A DNA stretch of 64,000 nt from Callorhinchus milii. Taxonomy: Eukaryota. Both the position numbers and the translations under genes were made by a program. A model generated the notes under the pieces. That model was not told the origin of the DNA. It was given only the letters and a program-made list of their open reading frames with translations, and made no database searches. Below, in pieces: positions 12,801-24,800 of this stretch. Position 1 is the first letter of the stretch; each line of letters begins with the position of its first letter. The stretch is from the NCBI RefSeq assembly GCF_018977255.1, contig NW_024704743.1, forward strand, positions 12,030,001 to 12,094,000, read 5' to 3'.

Positions 12801-15800
12801 ATACCTTCTTTGGAGTTTGTCACGTTCAGCAGCATTGTCACATAATAACCAGCTCATTTCACCTCCATCCCCCACCTGACTGATGTCATCATAATAGTTG
12901 GGTTCAAAACTTGTGGCCAGTGAGTGTTCTGGTTCCTAGAGTAGTGCTGATTCGAGGTATATCAGCTTGACTCTAATTTCTTTTGAAGTTATTGTGTGTG
13001 GAGTCACTCTGGGGGTGAGAACCGAGGGGGTGGTGGCGAGGGGAAAGGTGACAGAAAGTGTGGTCAAAGAGGTAGGACTTGAGACAGACTTTGAACGAGG
13101 CGAGGGAGGGGGTGAGTCAGAGGGATTCTGGGATGGAGTTCCAGAGAGCAGGGGCAGAATGGTTGAAAGCCCACTGGGGCAGTTAGGGAGGAGGATGTGA
13201 AACAGGGCGGTGCTCACTGAGGGAGGGGAGCAGCTAGGTAGGAGCCTGGTATGGGAGAGGACATGTGCTCGGAGTTCTGGATAATCTGCAGATCGTGTAG
13301 GGAAGGATGCGATAAGGCACTACATCAAATGCAAGGATTATTATTATGACAGGAAGCTTTTTTTATATATATATATTAGGGACGTCGCAGAATGTTCAGT
13401 TCTATATTTAAAAAAACACTCATTCAGATGTTTTACATTTTTTTTCAAAAAAGAAAAAAACTATTATTATTCAATTTACTCTTTCTGTCTCTCTCTCTCT
13501 CTCTCTGCCCCTCTCTCCCTCCCCTCTCCCTCCCTGCTTAGAGTAAAGCACCTCATTCACTGAGGCATCCCTGACCAGCACAGTCAGTGCCCAGTCCCAT
13601 CACCAAGAGAGTGAACGTTTATCTTTGTAACAGTAATACAAAATAATATAATACAAAGTAATTTAATAATACAAAATAGTATAAAATAACACAAAATACA
13701 GTCAATCCACTTTACAGTATAGTCTGTGAAGCGCTTTGAGACGTCTCAATGATAGGATAAGGCACTAAATCAAATGCAAAGATTATTATTATTACATCTC
13801 AATTGTGCAGTACAGATACTGAATGTGAGCCTGAGATTTGTTTTTTTTTGGAAGGGTTAGACAAGCAAGCGGTGGCTGAAGACATGGTCCAGCAGATTTT
13901 TTGTATATAGGTTTTGAAAGCAGAGATAGAGTGGGGCAAAGTGGCTGAAAGCTCCCCCCTTTCCCTTGGTGACAGCATTTGCAGGGTCGGGGCTTGCTAC
14001 ATATATGTACGTGGACGGCAGACAACTCTGCCACCACCCTCGACCCCAGGACCACTGCTGTTCTGACACATTCCTGTCAGATGCAAAGTCCTGGATTAGC
14101 CTCAATATTTTGTTGACTCAGTGTCAACAAAACTGAGGCTGCCCTGCTTGGCTCCCACCAGCACCTCCTCATCCTGAGCACCGACCATGTAGACCTCCCC
14201 CCACCACCCTCCAGATTCACCGGTTGTTCACTCTAGCCCACAGACACTTTGCGGAACCTTCTATTTCTGCAACAACTTGCTGGCCAGCTTCGTACCCCTA
14301 CCTACTCCTCCCCGAGAGAGCTTTTGGCCAATTTGCCCCCTTTCTCAGGGGTTCTCTCCTGAATCCCCTTTGCCTCGCTTCTTCCCTCTCTCTCCTTTCA
14401 ATCTCTAAGTGAAGACCTACTTCTTTGGTAGTAATTTCTACTCTGTCTTTGTAAAGCGCTTTGAGAAGTTCTCCCAATATGAAGGTGCTGTATAAGTGTA
14501 CATTGTTATTAAACCATTCCTTTTGTCTTGCTTCCTATTCATTTAACCACAAGTCACCTACCTCTCCACCCCCCCCCCCGCCACCCACCCCTTACCCGAC
14601 CTCCCTGATCTGTTGAGGGTATAGCTTTGCTGAAAGAAGCCTAACAGTTTTTAATTTGTTGGTGTTTTTTGTCAATTTTGCGTATTTTTGGCCTGCACTT
14701 TGCAGATCATGGTAAAATGCTTATTTCCCACCCTTCCCATCACAAACCACTAACAGTCCAACCTGTTTTGAGATGAAATCCATTGCTTTGCATGAGATGA
14801 TATTGCAAATGTTCCTTTGGGAAGCCTTTGTTTGGTTCTAGGCTGTGATGGACTGCTTCCTCAAGGCTCTAGGATGGCCCACATGTGTTCTTTACATTAC
14901 ATCAGGGCGGTCAAACTGGAATCCCGTGGGCCGATTTCATTCTCCCCCCCCCCCCCCCCCACATACACACACACACACACATATGCTCCCTCCATAACCC
15001 TTTAATGTTATGTTAAGCTTCTGGAAGGGAACAACAAAAATATTGCCTTTTGCGGCCTGTAGACATTTCTCAAATAGGGCATCCGGTCCTCAGCAGCCAA
15101 AAGGTTGGATCATCCTATGATTAAGCCATCGGACTTGTCATTTCCAGTCATTTATGTTCATTAACTTTCCTTAGCTTTGTATATTGTGGCGACCTGTTTA
15201 AAAGGAGCTGTGCATCTTTGCTCCCAAGAGTTCTGCCAAGCCGGGTTGGATTGGTCTGTCATCAGCAGTCCCCTTGCTGTCCTCTGAGCTGAACTGGCTC
15301 TAAGGTGCTATTTTTGGCAACTGAATGTCAGAATTGAGCCAGCCCTCTTTGCCGCTATCGTTAATCCAAGTCCTGAGCCAGACAAATGACAGTAGCCAAC
15401 CTGACTCATTGTCAGGACCTACAAGTGCCACAACAGTCAATGGAGGCAGGGACTCTTCCGACTCAGCTCCCATTAACCTTGCAAGCCTGCCATTAACCCT
15501 GTAACCCTAATGGTCCTAGCTGGACAAGCAACAGGAAGGCTTGACAGACAGTGATATCAATGGCAAGCTATGTGGTTTTAGCTGTTTATTACTTCAGCAA
15601 TACCCCAAAGCACACACTGAGTACCTCAAAACCTGGCTTTTGCCAACCTGCATCCAATACTCTCTGGAATTAGGTAAGTAGGAAGCATCCCTCCAGGGAG
15701 AGAGTGTGCATTCCATTCTAATAAATATTTCTGGGATTTCCATGGGACGCATGGAATTCTCAGCTTGGTTTAGATACTCGTAAGCATGGTGATGGGTTTC

Positions 15801-18800
15801 CGCATGTGTCAGACACCCGGCTGACCAAACAAAATCAGCAGTGCCTTGGAAGTGCTGCAGACAAGCCTGATTTCAGGAACCGTACTACTTGGAGAAACTG
15901 GCACAGAGGGTGGACTTGATTCCTTAAATTCCATTGCAAGGCGTGTAAACTTTAAGCCAGCTCGGGAAACTATTTTCAGGCAGGTTCAAAACATATGCAC
16001 ATTTGTCTCCAACCAGCTACCGAATTACAGAAATGAATGCAAGTCCTTTTATGTTCAAGGTTTTCCTTTTATTTGTGTAGCCAATAAGAGTGTTTAGGAC
16101 AAAATTGCTATTCTCTCCTAAACCCACATCCTCTCCTATCTTCATCCCATTCCCCCCCCCACCCCCCACACCATCCAGTTGAGTTGAGCAACGATGGGAA
16201 CTGATGGTTAGATTCGTCTCCTGATATTTGCACTGATGCACCCATGTGAATTTCTATTTGTAGTAATAATAACAATCTGATACATTTGATACTGCGCCTT
16301 TCACGTTGGGAGGGTGTATCATAGTTCTTCATGGAATTTACTGGAAAGTGTAGTGACTGCATTTTGCAGACAAAACCGTCTCTTGCCTGTTCAAGCTGAC
16401 ATTAAAGCTCCCATGGCACTATCTCAAAAAGGGAGTTTCTCCCGGTGTCCTGCCAATATTTTTCCCCTCCCCATGCCTCCCCATGAAATTGGTTGTTCAT
16501 TTCGTGGCTATTCAGGTGGATGTTAAAGATCTCAAGGCACTGTTCAAAAAGAGAAGGGAGTTTCTCTCGGTGTCCTGACCAATAATCCCTTAAATAAAAT
16601 CGGTCACTCTCCATAGCTGTGCACAGTTCAGTTGCCGGGTTCATCTACAAAAGACACAGTGTAGTTTACAGTGTGTGCTGTGAAACACTTTGAAAAATGT
16701 GAAAGGTGCTAAATCAAATGTAAGGATGTTAGTGTTCTATTCCCCTCCTCTTTTCTCTCCCCTACCTCCCCCCCACCCCGCCCCCAAACACACACAAACA
16801 GTTTTCCATTATATTGCATTTTGTTTATTTTGTGCTAAACTTTCTTAACGTAACTTTGATTTGATTTGACTTGCATGTCGGGCTTCGCTTTGTTTTGCAG
16901 CTTCGATTTATTTTGCTGGGGATAAGTTCCCAATTACGTTTTTTTTTTTTTCTCCACCCGCCGTATCCTAGGGCATGTGGGCGACAAATCCCGCGACTTC
17001 CCCGTCATGGTCTACGGACAGTTATGAATTTCGGGAGAGCTTGGTAAAATACAAGCAACCTCACAGCACCATTTGGAGCATCAAAGTGGTAAATTTACAA
17101 CATTTCAGCTCATTTAATTAACCTCCCGTCCTTTGGGTCAAGGAGATTCTCGCTTGGAGGCATTTGCTCGGAGACCAGACAAGAACTTTCATATTTGTCT
17201 TCTCTCCCCCTCGCTCACTCTCTCTACTGTTCCTTCTGACTTTGTGGGTCTCTGCCTCGTTTCACTTAGGTTCTCGGTTTTATAAAGAGACGGGATGGTA
17301 GGTGATGCTGCATTTCATTAAGGCGATTGAATTCAGGCTCCATTAGCATGTCGAAGGATAATACTTTCATTTGATACAGGGTTTATTATGCGGTTTTAGC
17401 TGGTTAGCCTCCAGCATGTGGAGTGACGTGGGGGTACATAATGGATTGCCTGGAGGGGTGTAGAGTGAGGTGGGGAGAGGGGTGTAATGAGGGGCTGTAG
17501 TGAGGTTGGGGGGAGGGTTGTGATGGTGGTGTAGTGAGGTGGGGGAGGGGAGGGATGTGATTGAGGTGTAATGAGGTGGGGGGGAGGGTTTGATGTGGGA
17601 GTGCAGTGAGGTGGGGGAGGGGTGTGATTGAGATGTAGTGAGGTGTGGAGGGGTGTGTTCGAGGTGTAGTGAGGTGGGGGAGGGAAGAGATGTGATGTGG
17701 GCGAGGGGAGGGATGTGATTGAGGTGTAGTGAGATGAGGAGAGGTGCCCTCAATCCTCCAAGTTTCTCATTCACAAAAACGACCTGGCTGAGACTTGACA
17801 ACAACAACAACAACAAGATTCCATTTATAGAGCGCCTTTCACGTCAGGAGGACGTCCCAAGGCGCTGCACAGTTGGGTCATGACCCGAGCAGGGGGGAAA
17901 TGGTCAGGGTGAAGGGAGGGAGAGAGGAGGGGGGAAATGGTCAGGGTGAGGGGAGGGAAGGGAGGGAGCGAGGAGGAGGAAGAGAGTCGAGAGGGGAGCT
18001 GAAGGCACTTGAGGCCACAAAGCTTTCAGCTCTTCTAACAGGAGCTTCAGATCCCCTAGAATTCCCTTTCCCGAGAAATTCCAGAGCTTAGATTGTTCTG
18101 TCTCAACGATAATAGCGCACAATCCACAGGTGTGACTTCTTTCATTGGCTGGTACTTGGAAATACTCAGAAGTCCTCATACCTTGGCGCTATGCTTGGAC
18201 TGATTGTGAGATATTATGGCCTAGATGATTGAGAGCCACACTGGAAAGTCAGCAACAACAGTCCTATAGCTTAGTGATTAGAGCACTCACCTCACAAGCG
18301 AGAGGATCTGAGTTTGATTCCCACACGGGGTGAAATGTTGGGCAAATTTCCTTTCACCACACGCCTCTGTTTACCTAGCAGTAAGTAGGAATCCGGTTGT
18401 TAGTTGATTGGTAGATCACTTTTCCAGGGGTAATAAGGAAGCCCTCGATCCATGACTGTTTGTGGGACACTGCTGTGCACAAGTGACTGCTGCATTTCGC
18501 CCACAAAATAAAGTCAATTCACTTTACAGTATATTCTGTGAATCGCTTTGAGACGTCCTTGAAGACGTGATAAGGCGCTATATCAAATGCAAGGTTTATT
18601 ATTATAAGGTTGAAGAGTCCCAGTCGTTTATCGAGTCATTTCTCATAGGTCGCCCTTACCTTATAAAAACAAATGCATTTCCTTCATTTTCTTAAAGTAG
18701 TTGATTTAATCCCCATGGGACAAAGTACCTACCTTAATGTATTTCAAAGGTACAATGCATTTGAAAGATAAGAAAGGCACTATGGAAGAAGGTAAGTTGT

Positions 18801-21800
18801 CAACATTTATCGTATGTTAAGTCACAATTAAATCTTTCTTAAAAAATAAATTATGTGCACTTGGTGTTGTGTAAACGACCACTGTGTAAACGTCTTGAGA
18901 TTGGCACGATCTGGGTTCAAATCCCGGTGGCTTCATTTGGTCCTTCACTGCTTTGTTAAGATAAAATTGGGTGGGTGGACAGACGGTTTAGGAGGAGCCA
19001 AGTGAGGTTTCCTTAGGCCAGTCTGAACCACAGGAGATGATAATAACGTGTGTATACATAGCTGTTACGAACTGGAATGCACTGCCTGAAAGGGTGATGA
19101 AAGCAGAATTGATAGTAGGTTTCAAAAGGGAATTGGATAGGCACTTGAAAAGGAAAAATTGCAAGGGTATGGGTTAAGAGTGAGGGAGTGGGACTGATTG
19201 GGTAGCTCTTTCAAAGAGTCAGAACAGGCCCGATGGGCCGAATGGCCTCCTACTGTGCTGCAAGATTCAATGATTCTATATAGCGGCCTTCATGCAGGAT
19301 AGCATCTCAGAGCGCTGAGATCTAGCCGGAAGGCCCATGTTAATCCAAGGCAAACTCCAAGGCAAGGCATATTTTGCCCCTAAACCCTACGAGCCAAAAG
19401 CCACCCAGGGGGACAGGTGGAGCATTGCTTACCAGGTCAAAGCTTTCACCTCATGGTAAAGGCGAGGTGGGGAGAAAACTTCTTTCTGCTTTTTGACTCT
19501 GAGCGCTTGTTGCAATATGAACGAGCTCTGCGAGAGAGAAAACAATAAGAGACGGGTTCAGAAAGGATGGCCGAGCGGAGTCCTGGCATTTCTGAAGCGG
19601 TGTTATGTTTGACAGGGTCGCGGTGCTGGCTTTCCCGGCAAGAAGAGGCCTCGTGGTGCAGGACACCCCGGTCGGGGAGGCAAGGGCAGGTCCAAACTGA
19701 AAAATGGCCTTGGTGCGCTCCTGACTCCAGGAGTAAGTATAATCTCTGCTTCCGATATCTCAGTTTGAAACTGCATCTCCCAGATTTTATTTAAAGATTG
19801 CTCAACTCACCAGAAAGCTCATTCGTGGTATCTGCCATCCACCTAGTGAGGGCTCAAGTCAAATAAGACGTAGGATCAGGAGTAGGCCATTTAGTCCCTC
19901 AAGCCTGCCCTGCCATTTAATAAGATCATGGCTGATTTTCTACCTAATTCTATTTACCCGCCCTATCCCCATATCTCTTAATCCCTCTATCCTTTAGAAA
20001 TCTATCAAATGACCACTTGCTGGATGTCAAATGACCAGCTCGTGATTATCCTCTTTGGTGGGGAGGTAAGCAGGGGTCTCCTTGGAGCTGAACTGGCAAC
20101 GCAAGTGCTTTCAATGGCAAGCTATGTGGTTTTATCTGGTTAGATTCTGGCAGTTACCCCAACACACACTTGGGTGTCCCCAAGCCTTACTGTCTTCATC
20201 TGACTTAATCTGTTCTATACTTCTATAAAGTCTTATCTAATCCCACTCTCCTGCTCTGCTCGCTCTCTCAATGCAGCTCTCCCCCCACCCCCCCCCACAG
20301 GACTGCAGTGAGTGTCCACCTAGACCTTGTGAGTTTGAAGTCCCAATGTGGCGTTGAACCCTCAACCTTAGAATCTATGGATTCTGCATCAACCGTGGCA
20401 AGGATTACACATTTCAGTCACCCTCTGTATAAAGACTTTTGCTTTCCTGACTTCCCCTTCTAATTTATTTTGTGGTTAAATTTGTGCACTCTCATTTTTG
20501 ACTCACCGATGGGTGGAGACAACAACAACAACTTGGATGTATATAGCGCCCTCCACAATACTTGGTGTTTAACCCTGTGATAACCCTTTGTACGATTCGA
20601 ATTTTCGTTTATCTTTATCTGCGTGAATTGTTGGCCAGGACACGGGGAGAAACTCGCTTCTCTTTTAAGGATCATTAACGTCTACCTGAATGGGCGCAGA
20701 CGGGATCTCAGTATTAATGTCTCACCAAAGGACGGCACTTCTAACAATGCAGTGCGCTCCTGCCCAGCACTGCACTGAAGTGTCGGCTTAGACTGTGAGC
20801 TCAAAGTCCCGAGGTGGGGCTTGAACCCACTGTGACCACCCCCTTGTGGATTTTATACTAATTCGGGTTGTGGTTCGAAGCCATGGGGATAGTTTGTTTT
20901 TGTTAGTGATAGTTATTTTGCACTTGCCTTTGCAGGCCACTTCCATGGAAATGGTTGCAACTAAGGACGAGGATGAAAACACAATGCACAATACCGTGGT
21001 CTTGTTCTCTACCAATGACAAATTCACTTTAAAACAGGTAAGAAAGACGCCCACTTACACAGGAGATTTGAGTCAGGTAATCAGAAGCCCAGAGCTTCTC
21101 GCGTTCTTAGCTCTGAGACATGCATTGAATGTGGGGGTAAATTCAAAACAAACACTACTTTAGTGAGTGAGCCAGAAGTAAACATATGGAGCAGGCTCCC
21201 TAGGGAGACGGTGGAAGCAGAAAATGTTACTTGTTTCAAGAACAAATTAGATAGATTTCTGCTAGAAAATAATATCTCAGGATACAATACATAGTTTGGG
21301 ACGTGACATGTCAAGCCACTGTCAGGATGGTGGAAGGCGAACTAGATGGACCTTGGTCTTCTTTCAACAGCAAATTCTTATGTTCTCTGGGGTTCTCCAA
21401 GGCTTGGCTCCCACTAAGCCGCACCTAATAGTCTGTTCCGCCACTGGCTCCCTGTCGCAGAACGGATCAATTTCTATTGGGGAAAGAATGGGGGAGTGGG
21501 CCTGATTTGGGTAGCTCTTCCAAAGAGCCGGCACAGGCACGATGGGGTGAATGGCCTCGTTCTTTGCTGTAATATTCTATGATTCTATGAATTTCAATCT
21601 CCTCGCACTGGCAGGCCACCCTCACACCCTCGCACTTCCCTACCTCTCTGACTTGCTCACACCCCATGCCTCTATCTATCCACTTCGCTTGGCCGGCTCT
21701 GGCCTTCGTCACGTCTCTTGTTCCCTCTGATCCACCGTCAGTGACGGTAATTTCAGCCAATGTTCTCTGAACCCCTGAAACTCTCTGCCTCAATCCCTCT

Positions 21801-24800
21801 ACCTTGTCCCCTTTTTAATCCGTCTTCAGATTGCAGCATTCCTCTTTGACCATGTCTACAGTCGTCTCCCCTCTCTTCAAGATCTGAGACTTTACCTGCA
21901 TGAAGTGCACTATATAATTGAAAGTTGTTGCATCCCTCCAGAGAGAGAGGGAAGCAAAGTGTGTGTCTCCAGGGAGAGAGAGCGCATTCCATTTCCAGAC
22001 ACGGACATTTCCCCGTCTAGGTGAATGGCATACATATGTGGAATTTTTTACTGTAAAGTGTAGTGACTACGTGTTTTGTAGGGAAACACGGCAGTCAATT
22101 TGAGTACAACGACGTGCCACTAATGAATTATGTGAGCTATATGTTATTTGGGGGATTGTTGGCCAGGATACCAGGAGAGAGAAACTCCTTTCTTTTTTTG
22201 ATTAGTGCCTCGAGAAGGCTGATAGAGGCAAAGGGAGGTTGAGTGACTGACTCACTTTGTTTTTTCTTCCTCTCAGGACATGTGCGTGGTTTGCGGGAGC
22301 TTTGGGAAAGGATCAGAGGGACGGCTACTCGCTTGCTCACAATGTGGCCAGTGTTACCACCCATACTGTGTGAGCATTAAGGTGAGAGACTTGTGATGCC
22401 TCAGATCCACAAGATGAACAATCGTCTGTAATCACACCGGGGAAGACTGAGGTCACCAGTAGCTAGCGATTACACAGTGGAGTCACGTAGCATATTGGCC
22501 AGAGCACTCGCCTCGCAAACGAGAGGACCTGGGTTCGATTCCCCGGGCAGGGCGAAACCTAGGCAAGTTTCTTTACCCCACACATCTCTGTTTACCTGGC
22601 AGTAAACAGGAAGCCGGTTGTTGCTCGATTGGCGGATCATTTTCCAGGGGTAATAATCCCTACAAATATTAAATAAATAAATAATTTGGTCACTCAATCC
22701 ACGACTGTTTGCAGGATATTGCTGTGTGCAATTGGCTGCCACGTTTTGCCCAGAAAATTACAGAATGTTCTGTGAAGCGCTTTGAGACATCCTAATGACA
22801 TGATAGGGCTCTATATCAAATGCAAGGATTATTATTATTATAGCACCCTTCACTTAGTGAAGCGCCTCGGAGCACTTCATAGTGGAGCAAGGGAGAGAGG
22901 AGAAGAAGGAGAGAAGATTCTAGTCACCATGCCTTGGGCAAGGGAGGAGGTTCAATGTTGTTTGCCAACTTTTGTTCGCTAGTTTTAGCAATCACAATCG
23001 CTGGTAACCTTTGCGACTTGCTGTTCCTAGTTACAAATTCCTTTGGGTTCCTGTCAGTCTATCTAACTGCTCCACAAAGCAACAGAATGTATTATTATTA
23101 TCATAGTAACATTAATCCATGCATTTGACACAAAGCCTTTCAGTCAAGAGGACATCTCAAAACGCTTTACAGGATTTCACTTCCAAAGTACATAGTCAAG
23201 TGTACAGGTCAACCAGCAGCCCATTTGCACACAGCAAATGTCCCACAAACAGCCATGAAGTGAATGACCAATTTTATCTGGGGGATTGTCGGCCAGAACA
23301 CTGGCTTCTCTTTTCGAATGGTGCCGTGGGATCTTTGACGTCTGCCTGAACAGGCACCAGATGGGGACCTGGGTTTATCGTCTCATCCGAAAGACAGCAC
23401 CTCTAACAATGCAGCACTCCCCACTGGAGTGACAGCCTGGCATGTGAGCTTAATGGGGGAAAATAGGGCTGACAGCTGTATGGCCTCTGATTATGAGGTT
23501 ATTATATTTACCCATTAATCCATCGGAATGAGTTAGCTCATAAACATCTCCCTTCTGTGTGCATTCAATACTTCTGCACGTTCAAATCTACATTTTAAAA
23601 AAAATAAAATTTTAAAGGTCTCTTGGAACAAAGGATTTTCTTCCTTTTGAGAAATTTTCTCTTCCCCTTTCTCCCCCCCACCCCAACCGTCATCCACTCT
23701 CCCATCAGATCCGTCAGTCAGTGTGTCAGCTCTAATTGCTGGCAGACAGAGCAGCTAATTTTCAACGAATGCTAATGCATTGACTTAGAAGCAGAAAATG
23801 TTTAATTTGCTGCTTGAAGTGTCAGCTGCGGGTGGTTGGCTGGTGACTGATTGCAATACACTAGGGCCCGTGTGCTCACACTCTCTCTGTCTCTGTCTCT
23901 CTCTCCCTTCCATCAATCACGCTCTGTCCCTGTCAGTCAAGAGGATTGTTGGGATGGGGATATGAGGATGGGAGACAGGGAGGAAGGAGGTTTTATCCGA
24001 GGCGCTCACTCTTGCCTTTCTCCCCCGGACAGATCACCAAGGTGGTGCTGAGCAAGGGATGGCGGTGTCTGGAATGCACGGTTTGTGAGTCCTGCGGGAA
24101 GGCCTCTGACCCCGGGCGACTTCTCCTGTGTGACGATTGTGACATCAGCTACCACACTTATTGCCTGGACCCACCTCTGCAGACGGTCCCTAAAGGTGGC
24201 TGGAAGTGCAAATGGTAAGTTTTTTTTCCTCAAAAAAAGTTGAGGCATTTGTTTTCTTTCTTGTTTTGTTCAAACCCAAAAGGTTACGCTCAAGAGCACT
24301 GAAGAGTAAAATAATCCTTGCATTTGATACAGCACCTTATCATGTCGTTGAGCTGTCTTAAAGCTCTTTACAGGATATAGTGTAAAGTGGAGTGACTGAG
24401 TGTTGTGGGTGAAATGGTGCAACACAATACACATTTATACAGCGTCTTTCTGGTAAACAACGGAGGAGGTCTCAAAATTGCTTAACGATGCTGGTTTGGA
24501 GCCAAGGTGGGCCAGTGAGGAGGGGAAAGAGGACCTAAAGCCCACTCGACATGAAAGGCGCTGCACGTGAATTGCATTGTAAGGAACATCGGTGAGAGAA
24601 AGACTAATTGTGAATAAAGTAATTAGTGAACACTTCAGGAGAAGTCCGTGTTCTCTCTTCTAGCTTTCTTGCTCACCTCCCACCACTCGTGTCCACCCCC
24701 TTTCCCCAAAAAATCAGGGACTTTAATCGGGATTTTTTGATAATCCTGTCAGGTGCGTTTGGTGTCAGCTGAAGCTGCCTCCTGTTCCATAGAAATGCCA

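Noticed and set aside
13840..14010. Possible poison exon (poly-T, gaAG, then GGT TAG)
   Set aside because: Acceptor-like but no convincing donor and no homology I can support; would need RNA-seq.
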